DNA from: an uncultured Candidatus Saccharibacteria bacterium
GTDB lineage: Bacteria > Patescibacteriota > Doudnabacteria > UBA920
Reading direction: 5' to 3'
Assembly (NCBI GenBank): GCA_964474825.1
Contig: CAYYWQ010000001.1
Span: forward strand, 884,152-948,151
Length of the DNA stretch: 64,000 nt
The translations under genes and the position numbers were made by a program. Shown here in pieces: positions 9,483 through 18,908 of the stretch (the first letter of the stretch is position 1; the number at the start of each line of letters is the position of its first letter). The notes under the pieces are model-generated. The model ran no database searches, had not been told where the DNA came from, and saw nothing but the letters and a program-made list of their open reading frames with translations.

Positions 9483-10031
9483 ATGAAATTAATAGTCGGA
9501 TTAGGTAACCCAGGAGAAAAATATAAACAAACCCGCCATAACGCGGGATTTTTAGCTTTAGATTTTATTTTAAACGACGGCGACGGTTTTATGACTGCCA
9601 AACCCAGTAAAGAGTTTAAGTCCGAAATGTGGACTTGGCAAAATGGCAGCGACAAAGTTATTTTTTTAAAACCACAAACTTTTATGAACGACAGCGGTCA
9701 GGCTTTAAAAACAATTTGTAATTTTTACAAAATGGACTTATGTCAAGATTTGCTGGTTGTCCATGACGAAACAGATTTACCTTTTGGAGAAATTAGAATT
9801 TCAAAAAACTCTTCTTCCGCCGGACACAACGGTGTGCAAAGTATTATTAATGAACTTGGCACGCAAGATTTCAATCGTCTCCGCATTGGCGTGGAAACCC
9901 GCGCCTCACGTGAAGACTTACCAACAGATGCGTTTGTCCTGCAGAATTTTACCGAGGAAGAACTAAAAAAACTTAAGGAAGAAATTTTTCCTAAGGTTAA
10001 ATTGGAAATTGAGCGTTTTATAAAATCTTAA
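9483..10031 (+). CDS. pth: Peptidyl-tRNA hydrolase
   Basis: LIVGLGNPG..Y..TRHNAGF, KPQTFMNDSG, GHNG. Confidence 0.98.
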   Translation: MKLIVGLGNPGEKYKQTRHNAGFLALDFILNDGDGFMTAKPSKEFKSEMWTWQNGSDKVIFLKPQTFMNDSGQALKTICNFYKMDLCQDLLVVHDETDLPFGEIRISKNSSSAGHNGVQSIINELGTQDFNRLRIGVETRASREDLPTDAFVLQNFTEEELKKLKEEIFPKVKLEIERFIKS

Positions 10032-10048
10032 AACTAAACTTTCCTGAC

Positions 10049-10130
10049 TTTACTAACTACTAATCAGTTACGAATATACTAATGCTCGCATTTAGGATTG
10101 GTATATTAGTAAAAATTCGTAGTTAGTAAA
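10049..10130. repeat. 82-bp palindromic miniature element
   Basis: Near-identical to 41770..41850 (TTTACnAACTACTAAT...ACGAATATACTAAT...ATTCGTAGTTAGTAAA). Confidence 0.85.
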
Positions 10131-10142
10131 AACAGATAAAAT

Positions 10143-10361
10143 AAAAAACCCTTCTTAAAAAAGAAGGATTCGTCGTTTCTACCTAATACCCTACTTGCAA
10201 GTGAAAAGCTAGAGACAAACGCCTCTAAACCTTTGCTTGGTGCTAGGAGCATATGATAGGAGGGATGACATATGCTTTCGCGACTTGCAAATAGGGTGTC
10301 AGATACAAACCAAGGTAATAAAAAGACCCCCTAATCACGCTTTTGGATTTTTAAAACTTAC
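10143..10361 (-). ncRNA. Candidate structured ncRNA of unknown family
   Basis: Consensus promoter upstream, ~20-bp closing stem, two inner hairpins, intrinsic terminator at 10143..10170, no long ORF. Confidence 0.6.
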
Positions 10362-10366
10362 ATATT

Positions 10367-10395
10367 ATTATACTCCTTTTTAGGCCTTTTGTCAA
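10367..10395 (-). promoter_or_regulatory. Sigma70 consensus promoter TTGACA-N17-TATAAT
   Basis: Minus strand reads TTGACA AAAGGCCTAAAAAGGAG TATAAT. Confidence 0.85.
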
Positions 10396-10437
10396 GCCTA
10401 AAGAGTGGCGTATATAGGCCTAAAATAGGCGAATACT

Positions 10438-11535
10438 ATGGATTTCCTTCCCTCTCTATATATACACGGCTTTAACCTCCTGCCGCAATTTGGTCCTGCC
10501 CGCCTACTTAAGCTCCGGGCTTATTTTGACAGCTGGGAAACAGCGTTCTTTGCCGGCACTGGTGAACTCCAAACCGCGGGCATTGAACCGGAGATTGTTG
10601 AAATTTTCCTAAAACACAGGGACAATTTAAACTTGGAAAAAGAACAAGCGACTTTGGAAGCACATGGCATTAGTTTAATTACTTGCGATGATGCAGCGTA
10701 TCCCAAATTATTACTACAAATAGAAAAATTTCCTTCGCTTCTTTACTGCCGCGGAGTTATGCCAAGCAATGAAGAATTATGCTTGGCAGTTGTTGGCACA
10801 AGAATGATAACTACTTACGGAAGGTTAGTTACACCGCGCCTAGTGGAACCGCTGGTAGACGCCGGAGCCACAATTGTTTCTGGCATGGCCTTTGGCGTAG
10901 ACGGCGCGGCACATACAGTAGCGGTAGAGAAAGGCCGCCGCACCATTGCCATTCTTGGCGGAGGCTTGGACGACAAAAGCCTGTACCCGAAAGCCCACAC
11001 CCTGCTTGCGGAAAAAATTTTGGAAAACCAGGGAGCTCTCCTTAGTGAATACCCGCCAGGCACGCCAAACTTTAAACAAAACTTTGTGGCGAGAAACAGA
11101 ATTATTTCGGGCATGTCCGTGGCCACAGTGGTTATAGAATGCGATTTAAAAAGCGGCTCGCTAATAACGGCCAAATACGCGCTGGAGCAAAATCGTAACG
11201 TTTACGCGGTCCCCGGGCCAATTTATTCCCAACAAAGCCAAGGCCCAAACAATTTAATTAAAATGGGTGCTAAACTAATAACTGAAGCGAACGACGTACT
11301 GGAAGACTTGAATTTAAAAACACTGCCCCAGCAGCAGCAAGTCCAAACTTTATTTGGCGACACCAAAGAAGAAACCATTTTGCTAAAACTGCTTAACCAT
11401 GAACCAGTAATTATAAACGAGCTAATTAAACAATCCGGCCTGGAAGCCGGAGCCGTAACATCTACCCTAACTTTTTTGGAAATGAAAGGGAAAATAAGAA
11501 ACCTTGGCGGCCAGCAGTACGTACTTAGCAGATAA
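10438..11535 (+). CDS. dprA: DNA-processing protein DprA
   Basis: AVVGTR, IVSGMAFGVDG, RNRIISG, SGSLITA, VPG, C-terminal wHTH. Confidence 0.96.
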   Translation: MDFLPSLYIHGFNLLPQFGPARLLKLRAYFDSWETAFFAGTGELQTAGIEPEIVEIFLKHRDNLNLEKEQATLEAHGISLITCDDAAYPKLLLQIEKFPSLLYCRGVMPSNEELCLAVVGTRMITTYGRLVTPRLVEPLVDAGATIVSGMAFGVDGAAHTVAVEKGRRTIAILGGGLDDKSLYPKAHTLLAEKILENQGALLSEYPPGTPNFKQNFVARNRIISGMSVATVVIECDLKSGSLITAKYALEQNRNVYAVPGPIYSQQSQGPNNLIKMGAKLITEANDVLEDLNLKTLPQQQQVQTLFGDTKEETILLKLLNHEPVIINELIKQSGLEAGAVTSTLTFLEMKGKIRNLGGQQYVLSR

Positions 11536-11542
11536 TAACTTT

Positions 11543-12688
11543 ATGTCTCGTTCAACTTTTATAAAATTCATAATCCCCCTACTATTCGCCCTGGCAGTAA
11601 CACTTGGTCTTGTTCAGCATTACTCAGATCCTTATGTTGGGTCAAACACCCAAACTTTTCATTCAAAAACCGCTGACCCAAATAAATCCCTGCTGGATTA
11701 TTTTAAAGAGGCGAACGAGTTAAAACCGGAATCCCAAACATCAACCGCTACCTTTTTAGCAGTTGGTGATATTATGCTTAGCCGCAACGTGGCCGGGACA
11801 ATAAAAAAAACCAACGATCCCTTACTCCCATTTCGCAAAATGGAAAATATTTTCAGCAGCGTGGATTTTTCTTTTGGTAATTTAGAAAGCCCGCTTTCCG
11901 GCCGCAATGATTTTAACCCTAGCGGTAGCCTGGTATTCAACGCTCCTCCCGCTTATACCCAAGGCCTAAAAGACTATAATTTTAAAATTATAAACCTTGC
12001 CAATAACCATGCCTTAGACCAAGGAACAAAAGGCGTAGACTATACCTTAAAATTCCTGAACAATGCCGGCATACAGCATGTTGGCATGGGAATGAATCTA
12101 GACGAAGCTTGGCTGCCCAAGACAATTGAGCAAAACGGCATTAAAATTTGTTTTGTGGGAGCCTCATATTCTTCGGTAAACGACAGCGGCAAAATCACAA
12201 ATAATTATGTTGCTAGAATTGAGGATTTGGACCGTCTTAAATCTTCAATCCTAAATCTTAAATCTTCTTGTGATTTTATAGTGGCCACCATGCACGCTGG
12301 CACAGAATACACTCATAAACCCAACCAGGCACAAATAGGCTTTGCCCATGCCGCGATTGATTACGGAGCTGATGTTGTTATAGGCGCGCACCCGCATTGG
12401 GTACAAACAATAGAAAAGTACAATGACAAATATATTTTCTACTCCCTGGGCAATTTTATTTTTGACCAAGAATGGAGCCAGGAAACAAAAGAAGGCTTAA
12501 CACTTAAAATCCAAGTATCTAAAAACCAAGAAACAAAACTTCAAGGACCTAAAGTTCCAGCCAAAATTGACTCAATAGAATTAATTCCTGTTATTATTGA
12601 AAACTACTCCACCCCCCGCCCTGCTACAGATATTGAAACAAAAAAGATTTTAGAAAAAATCGGAGAAACAAACACTCTATTAAAATAA
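11543..12688 (+). CDS. CapA/PGA_cap family metallophosphoesterase-like protein
   Basis: AVGDIML, GNLESP, LANNHALD, MHAGTEY, GAHPH, YSLGNFIFDQ; N-terminal TM. Confidence 0.92.
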   Translation: MSRSTFIKFIIPLLFALAVTLGLVQHYSDPYVGSNTQTFHSKTADPNKSLLDYFKEANELKPESQTSTATFLAVGDIMLSRNVAGTIKKTNDPLLPFRKMENIFSSVDFSFGNLESPLSGRNDFNPSGSLVFNAPPAYTQGLKDYNFKIINLANNHALDQGTKGVDYTLKFLNNAGIQHVGMGMNLDEAWLPKTIEQNGIKICFVGASYSSVNDSGKITNNYVARIEDLDRLKSSILNLKSSCDFIVATMHAGTEYTHKPNQAQIGFAHAAIDYGADVVIGAHPHWVQTIEKYNDKYIFYSLGNFIFDQEWSQETKEGLTLKIQVSKNQETKLQGPKVPAKIDSIELIPVIIENYSTPRPATDIETKKILEKIGETNTLLK

Positions 12689-12736
12689 AGCGGCCCCGGT
12701 GCGCACACGGGGCCCAACCTTACAAAACGAAAAGCG

Positions 12737-12991
12737 TCAGAATGTCGTCAACAGGCGCGGTAAACGCGGAGATCTCCGTCTCCATGCCCATCGGATGACT
12801 AAAAATAAGCCCCCCATCCAAATAGGTGCGCATACGAACACCTGCTCCCTCAAGAAAAACTGGGTTGTCCAGATGTCCCTGATGTCTTGCGACCCTAATA
12901 CTAAGGTCCTGTAGACTGCTGGCGCCAACTGAATTTCGGCAGCGACAACCAGCGCTACTATAAGAAACAACGGCAACATTTCTCGCTTCAC
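12737..12991 (-). CDS. Small hypothetical membrane protein (84 aa, about 2 TM)
   Basis: AAGGAGGTGA SD then GTG at 12991; two hydrophobic segments and an Arg-rich tail. Confidence 0.6.
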   Translation of the reverse strand: MKREMLPLFLIVALVVAAEIQLAPAVYRTLVLGSQDIRDIWTTQFFLREQVFVCAPIWMGGLFLVIRWAWRRRSPRLPRLLTTF

Positions 12992-13041
12992 TAAATCACC
13001 TCCTTCCGGTTTTGGAATTCTTGGACGACACACGCCGCCCG

Positions 13042-13110
13042 TTAACTCAATAGATACCAAGCTATAGCAAGAGCGGTAAGAAGCCCACCCCATAGATGTA
13101 GAGGCTTCAC
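13042..13110 (-). CDS. 22-aa hydrophobic micropeptide MKPLHLWGGLLTALAIAWYLLS
   Basis: AAGGAGGT-N5-GTG; single TM-like helix; too short for the ORF track. Confidence 0.5.
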   Translation of the reverse strand: MKPLHLWGGLLTALAIAWYLLS

Positions 13111-13298
13111 GGTCTACCTCCTTGGCAAATTATAGCAAAAATTTAGGTATAAATCTCTATAAAAGAAATTAAAAAAATGTACGATAAAATTTCTGCAGAT
13201 TTGACAATTATTTTTTTTATGGTTAAACTCACTTTTGTAACTTGCAGTTAATTCTGTAGGCATCTGTAGTGTAATTAATTCCGTAGTTCTGTAGACTC

Positions 13299-15581
13299 AT
13301 GCCCAAACCACTAATTATAGTAGAATCACCAACCAAAGCGAAAACTATTTCGCGTTTTTTGGGTGGGGAATATCAGGTAGAAGCCAGCATGGGACATGTG
13401 CGGGACTTACCTAAAAGCAAACTGTCGATTGATGTTGAGCACGACTTTGAACCTGTCTATATTATTCCTCCCAAAGCCAAAGAAACCGTAGCCAAATTAA
13501 AAGCGCTGACCAAAGGCGCTTCCTCTATTATATTGGCGACTGATGAAGACCGCGAAGGTGAGGCTATTTCTTGGCATTTAGTGCAGGCTTTAGGTTTAGG
13601 TGATGAAGCGGAAATTGCCAAGGGCAAGGAAGACAAGCGCATAAAACGCATAGTTTTCCACGAAATTACCAAAGGCGCAATTGACGAGGCCATGAAGAAC
13701 CCGAGGGATATAGATTTAAACTTGGTAGACGCCCAGCAAGCCCGCCGCGTGCTAGACAGGTTAGTAGGTTATGAACTGTCCCCGTTTTTGTGGCGGAAGA
13801 TAAGATACGGGTTGTCCGCTGGCCGAGTACAATCTGTCGCGGTTAGATTAGTAGTAGAACGCGAACGCGAAATCCAAAATTTTAAAGTAGACGAGTACTG
13901 GAGCATAGAAGCGAAGCTTTCTCAAAAAAATGACAGCGAAAAAACTTTTATTGCGAAACTGCAGGAAATTGACGGCAAAAAAGTTGGCAAAATGGACATT
14001 GGCAAAGAAGTAGACGCCAAAAAAATTGTTAGCGATTTACAAGGCGCGGAATACCAAGTTAAAGACATTCAAACTAAAGAAGTTAGGCGTAACCCGGCCG
14101 CGCCGTTTACTACTTCTACCTTGCAGCAAGAAGCCGCTCGAAAATTTGGCATGTCTGCCAAACAAACAATGGTTATTGCGCAGCAGCTTTATGAAGGTAT
14201 TAAACTTGGTGACGAAGGTCACCAGGGTTTAATTACCTATATGCGTACAGACAGCTTAAATCTTGCTGCCTCTGCCCTAACTTCCATTCGCGAAGTAGTC
14301 ATGAAAGAGTTTGGTAAGGAGTACGCTTTAGACGAAGTCCGGCACTATACCAACAAAAGCAAAGGCGCGCAAGAAGCGCACGAAGCTATTCGCCCTACAG
14401 ATGTTTTAAGAAAGCCTGACGATGTTAAAACTTTTTTGGACAAAGGCCAATTTAAAATTTACGACCTTATTTGGAAGCGCACCATTGCCTGCCAAATGGC
14501 TCCGGCTGTGCTGGAACAAACAGGGGTTGATATTCTAGCCAAAGACAACTACATTTTCCGCGCTAACGGCCAAACAATAAAATTTGACGGCTTTATTCGC
14601 GCATATACAGAAGGACAAGATGAAAAAGCAGAAGACGAAATAGAAGGCGTATTACCTGAACTTTCGGTGGAAGAAATTTTAAAGCTTCATGAACTTCTGC
14701 CAATGCAGCATTTTACCGAACCGCCCGGAAGATATTCCGACGCCACTTTAATTAAAGCCCTGGAAGCCCACGGCGTAGGCCGCCCTTCCACTTACGCGCC
14801 AACACTTTCCACCATTCAAGACCGCGGCTACGTAAATAAAGTGGACAAAAAATATTCCCCCAGCGAAGAAGGTTTTTTAGTCAACGACATGCTGGTAGAA
14901 AATTTCCCGGAAATCGTGGATATTAATTTTACTTCGCACATTGAAGAAGAGTTTGACCACATTGCCGAAGGCAAAACCAAATGGGTAGAAGTCATGAAGG
15001 AATTTTACGGTCCTTTTAAAACGCACTTGATTGAAAAAGAAAAAACTGTGGAAAAACAAATTGAAGTTTCCACAGTCCCCTGCGAACACTGCGGCAAAAT
15101 GATGCTTATTAAATACGGCCGCAACGGTAAATTCCTAGCTTGCCCAGACCCGGAAAGCAAAATTACCCAGCCTATGCCGGAAGAAGCGGCCAAAATAAAG
15201 GAACTTACGGAAAAAACCAAGGGCGAAATGTGCCCAATTTGCGGCAAGCAAATGGGCGTAAGACGCGGACGCTTTGGGTTCTTCCTTGGCTGTGTGGACT
15301 ACCCTAAATGCAAAGGCATTAGCAAAATTTGGAACAAGACTGGCTATAAATGCCCTCATTGTTTAACAGCTGATGCAAGAAAAGACAAGCCTGGAGATAT
15401 TGTTGAAAAGAAATCCCGAGGCCGCGGCAAACCCTTCTTTGCCTGCACTCGCTTCCCTGACTGCACATTTGTTATGAACGTAAAACCCGAAAACCAAACT
15501 CAGCTGGACGAAGCCTACAAACACTGGCTTGCAAATCCACCTAAGCCTAAAAAAGTATATAAGAAAAAAACCGAAGTTTAA
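13299..15581 (+). CDS. topA: DNA topoisomerase I
   Basis: IVESPTKAKTI, ATDEDREGE, SAGRVQS, LITYMRTDS, C-terminal Zn ribbons. Confidence 0.98.
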   Translation: MPKPLIIVESPTKAKTISRFLGGEYQVEASMGHVRDLPKSKLSIDVEHDFEPVYIIPPKAKETVAKLKALTKGASSIILATDEDREGEAISWHLVQALGLGDEAEIAKGKEDKRIKRIVFHEITKGAIDEAMKNPRDIDLNLVDAQQARRVLDRLVGYELSPFLWRKIRYGLSAGRVQSVAVRLVVEREREIQNFKVDEYWSIEAKLSQKNDSEKTFIAKLQEIDGKKVGKMDIGKEVDAKKIVSDLQGAEYQVKDIQTKEVRRNPAAPFTTSTLQQEAARKFGMSAKQTMVIAQQLYEGIKLGDEGHQGLITYMRTDSLNLAASALTSIREVVMKEFGKEYALDEVRHYTNKSKGAQEAHEAIRPTDVLRKPDDVKTFLDKGQFKIYDLIWKRTIACQMAPAVLEQTGVDILAKDNYIFRANGQTIKFDGFIRAYTEGQDEKAEDEIEGVLPELSVEEILKLHELLPMQHFTEPPGRYSDATLIKALEAHGVGRPSTYAPTLSTIQDRGYVNKVDKKYSPSEEGFLVNDMLVENFPEIVDINFTSHIEEEFDHIAEGKTKWVEVMKEFYGPFKTHLIEKEKTVEKQIEVSTVPCEHCGKMMLIKYGRNGKFLACPDPESKITQPMPEEAAKIKELTEKTKGEMCPICGKQMGVRRGRFGFFLGCVDYPKCKGISKIWNKTGYKCPHCLTADARKDKPGDIVEKKSRGRGKPFFACTRFPDCTFVMNVKPENQTQLDEAYKHWLANPPKPKKVYKKKTEV

Positions 15582-15596
15582 TACTTCGGTTTTTTT
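15565..15596. terminator. Bidirectional terminator overlapping the topA stop
   Basis: aaaaaaccgaagt-ttaat-acttcggtttttt. Confidence 0.8.
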
Positions 15597-16221
15597 AAAA
15601 TTTAATATTTGCTAATTGCTCCGGTGTATCTAGTAAAAAATCTGGATTATACTTTTGCAAAACTTCTTTTTCATTCGCGCCCCAGGTTACTGAAACAACT
15701 TTTATTCCGGCCATGCGGGCGGCTTCTATGTCCCGGGTTTCATCTCCTACGTACACGGCTTGAGCTGTTGGAATATGGTGGGTAGATAGTAATTTTTTTA
15801 GCTTCCTGCCTTTTTTAAATAGGGCGTTACCCGCGTCTATGAAATCGAACACCTCAGCGCAGTTATTGTTTTCCAAACAAGCTTTTACTGCTTCAGAAGA
15901 ATTAGAAGTTAAAATGGCTAAATGGAATCCCTGCTGTTTTAACATTTTTAATGTTTCAGGAATTTTGAGGTAAAGTTTTTGCCCTGCCATGCGCTCTATA
16001 AACTTTTTTCTTCCTTCTCGCTCCAAAAACCAAATTCTCCACCAAGGCACACCAAGCTCTGCTTTAATTGCGAGTGATGATAAGGTTTTTAAACGGGCAA
16101 GGTCGTCCGGCCCAACAACTTTATAGCTGTGTTTCGCAGCCAAAAAATTCCAAGTTTCCACCCAAGCAGACAAGGTGTCTGCCAGTGTGCCGTCAAAATC
16201 AAAAATAATCCATTTATCCAT
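15595..16221 (-). CDS. HAD-family hydrolase (phosphoglycolate phosphatase-like)
   Basis: FDFDGTLADT, LTSN, YVGDETRDIEAA. Confidence 0.92.
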   Translation of the reverse strand: MDKWIIFDFDGTLADTLSAWVETWNFLAAKHSYKVVGPDDLARLKTLSSLAIKAELGVPWWRIWFLEREGRKKFIERMAGQKLYLKIPETLKMLKQQGFHLAILTSNSSEAVKACLENNNCAEVFDFIDAGNALFKKGRKLKKLLSTHHIPTAQAVYVGDETRDIEAARMAGIKVVSVTWGANEKEVLQKYNPDFLLDTPEQLANIKF

Positions 16222-16223
16222 AA

Positions 16224-17459
16224 CTAATCGTTTCGGCTATAAATTTCCGCGTCAAACAAAACATATCTGGCGGCTTTAAACCATCCTATTAACGATTTAA
16301 AATATCGCCAATTAGCGCCTAAACGAAGTACATAGGGAATAAAGCCGGTAAAATAAAAGTGGTCGGACTTTAGTAGTGCCCATTTGCCGCCAACAGAAAC
16401 AATGAATGGATGTTTGTCCATTTTAAAACCCTGCGTTGGTTTTTTATTCTGCATTAGCAGCGGTAAAGCCTTAGCTAAATACTTTGCCTCGGCAATGGCC
16501 GCCTGGGCTGTGGTTGGCACAATGCTTTGACCACTGCCGTGCACACAAGCCATATCCCCCAAAGCAAAAATATGAGTTTCGCCTTTTACCCGTAAAAATT
16601 CGTCAGTCTCCAGCTGTCCCCGTTTGTTGCATTCGCACGGCTGGCCCATTGAACATTCCTTCGCGCGGACGCCTGTTGTCCAAACTAAAACATCAAAAGG
16701 AATTTTTTCGCCGCTGACCAAGGAAATAAAATGCGGCTCTACTTTAAAAATGGGGCTAAGTAATTTTATTTTAACGTTTAAATCTGTCAGTCTCTGGTAA
16801 ATGTCGCGGCTGGCGCGTTCATCAAACCCCGGCACTAACATATTGGCCGCCTCTACAACCATAACTTCCACTTTTTCGCGCGGGTAGTCATTCTTCCAGG
16901 CAACTATGTCTGCAAGTTTATCCAGCTCCGCGACCAATTCTACTCCGGTATACCCCCCGCCGGCAACAACTAACCTGACATACTGTTTAACGGAATCGTG
17001 CTTGTGCGCGGCCACAGAAAACTCCACGGCGTTACGCAAGCGGAAAGCATCGGTCAAACTTTTTAAAGGCACACTGTATTCTTTTGCCCCCTCTACCCCA
17101 AAATATTCCGTTTGGGAACCAAAAGCTAAAATTAAATAATCGTAATCCAAAACGCGCGAGGTGGTTTTTAGTTTTTTTTGCAAACGGTCAATTTCACCAA
17201 TTTCGCCTTTTACAAATTTAATTTTTTTACCTGCTAAAATTTTGCGCAACGGCAAAACTATGCTTTCCTTGAGCTGGGCAATGTTGGTAAATTCCTCCTC
17301 AGCAGTAGCGATTTCGTAAAGACTGGGGTTGAATAAATGGTAATCATGCCGGTCAACCAAAGTAATACTAACGTCTTTCCGGCCTTTAAATTTTTTCTCC
17401 AATTCAAGGGCGGTTACAAGTCCCCCAAAGCCCGCGCCCGCAATAACAATATTAGTCAT
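16224..17459 (-). CDS. Type II NADH dehydrogenase-like FAD oxidoreductase
   Basis: GAGFGG, VAGGGYTGVEL, WTTGV, FALGD, AQAA. Confidence 0.9.
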   Translation of the reverse strand: MTNIVIAGAGFGGLVTALELEKKFKGRKDVSITLVDRHDYHLFNPSLYEIATAEEEFTNIAQLKESIVLPLRKILAGKKIKFVKGEIGEIDRLQKKLKTTSRVLDYDYLILAFGSQTEYFGVEGAKEYSVPLKSLTDAFRLRNAVEFSVAAHKHDSVKQYVRLVVAGGGYTGVELVAELDKLADIVAWKNDYPREKVEVMVVEAANMLVPGFDERASRDIYQRLTDLNVKIKLLSPIFKVEPHFISLVSGEKIPFDVLVWTTGVRAKECSMGQPCECNKRGQLETDEFLRVKGETHIFALGDMACVHGSGQSIVPTTAQAAIAEAKYLAKALPLLMQNKKPTQGFKMDKHPFIVSVGGKWALLKSDHFYFTGFIPYVLRLGANWRYFKSLIGWFKAARYVLFDAEIYSRND

Positions 17460-17510
17460 TTTGGTTTCAAAAATATTTTAATCTTACGCCTAAATTATAA
17501 CATAGAATGG

Positions 17511-17590
17511 CTACTAAATACGAAATCCGCCAACAGGATGCTGGCGGATAACTACGGTTTAGTATTTTTAGTTATTTTAGTATTTAGTAG
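17511..17590. repeat. Palindromic miniature element with nested ATCCGCC...GGCGGAT hairpin
   Basis: Same termini as 2156..2245; inner hairpin at 17525..17549. Confidence 0.8.
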
Positions 17591-17593
17591 AAG

Positions 17594-18853
17594 TTATTCG
17601 TATTGCAAAGCAGTTATCGGGTCCATTTTCGCGGCTTCTCTCGCCGGCAGCACCCCAAAAGCAATTCCTATGCCGCCGGACACCCCGACAGCTATGACTA
17701 TGGAATAAACCGGTACGGAAAATACCCAGACCAAGCCGGCAAAGTGGGCGATTACAGAAACCAGCCAACCAAGCAAACCGCCAAAAATAATTCCCACTAC
17801 CCCGCCAATAATTGTTACCAAAAGCGACTCAATTAAAAATTCCATTAAAATGTCGGAGTTTTTCGCGCCCAAAGCTTTTTTTAATCCTATTTCCGAAGTC
17901 CGTTCCGTAACCACTACATACATAATATTCATAATACCAACGCCGCCGACAATTAAAGAAATTGCCGCAATGGCTATGAGCAAAAGAGTAATGCCGTTAA
18001 AAATGGTGTTGAAACTTTCCAAAGCCTGAGCCTGGGTTTGCACAATAAAATCGTCCTTTTCGGGATCTGTAATATTATGATTCTCACGCATTACCGCGGA
18101 AATGTCTTCGGCTGTGGCGTCGCCCTGCTTGGTGTCGCCTACTTGGACAATACCAATTAATAAATAATCTATACCCATTAATTTTTTCTGGGCCGTGCCC
18201 AAAGGAAGATACAAGCTGTCGTCGGCCGTGCCGCCGCCGGCAAACCCTTGGGGGCTGTAAACGCCGATTACCTGGAAATTCAAGTTACCAACGCGAATTA
18301 GTTGGCCCAAAGGGCTCTGATCGCCGAACATGTCAGTGGCAATGTTGCTGCCTAAAATTACCACTTGAGCCGCGCCCGCGTCCTCACCTGCCGTGTAAAA
18401 CCGCCCACTTTTTAAAGTATGCTTGTCTATATCAAACCTTGCCGCGGCCGCGCCATAATACAAAGCGCTTTTTTCCACGTCGCGGTAACTGGCCACGGCC
18501 TGGCCCACAACCATACCGTATGCGCCGGTAACGTTCCCCAATTTTTTTATGTCGTCCAAATCGCGCTGCTTAAAACTGGTAATGGCTACGGCGCTGTTTA
18601 CGCGGCTACTGTCGGCACTGGCCGCGGAATTAGCCGCGCGGTTTTTAGTGGTTGGCGGCACGCGCGTTTCAATAAATAAAGTATTACTGCCAAACGCCGC
18701 GACCTGGTCGTCTATTAAACTACGGAAACCCGCGCCCGCGGACAAAACTAAAATTACCGTGCCAATGCCAATAACAATACCCAAAGTCGTCAGCCCCGTC
18801 CGGGCCGGATTGGAAAAAAGAGCTTTAATAGATTGTTTGAATGCGTTTAGCAT
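17594..18853 (-). CDS. MacB/FtsX-like ABC transporter permease
   Basis: LTTLGIVIGIG, GGVGIMNIM..VTERTSEIGLKKALGA, DPITALQYE. Confidence 0.95.
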   Translation of the reverse strand: MLNAFKQSIKALFSNPARTGLTTLGIVIGIGTVILVLSAGAGFRSLIDDQVAAFGSNTLFIETRVPPTTKNRAANSAASADSSRVNSAVAITSFKQRDLDDIKKLGNVTGAYGMVVGQAVASYRDVEKSALYYGAAAARFDIDKHTLKSGRFYTAGEDAGAAQVVILGSNIATDMFGDQSPLGQLIRVGNLNFQVIGVYSPQGFAGGGTADDSLYLPLGTAQKKLMGIDYLLIGIVQVGDTKQGDATAEDISAVMRENHNITDPEKDDFIVQTQAQALESFNTIFNGITLLLIAIAAISLIVGGVGIMNIMYVVVTERTSEIGLKKALGAKNSDILMEFLIESLLVTIIGGVVGIIFGGLLGWLVSVIAHFAGLVWVFSVPVYSIVIAVGVSGGIGIAFGVLPAREAAKMDPITALQYE

Positions 18854-18860
18854 AAAATTA

Positions 18861-18908
18861 GAGGGTAGCTTGTAGTAAGTAGTCGGTAGCCTACAAGCTA
18901 CTTACTAC
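18861..18908. repeat. Inverted 7-nt periodic array
   Basis: gggtagc ttgtagt aagtagt cggtagc | ctacaag ctactta ctac. Confidence 0.8.
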
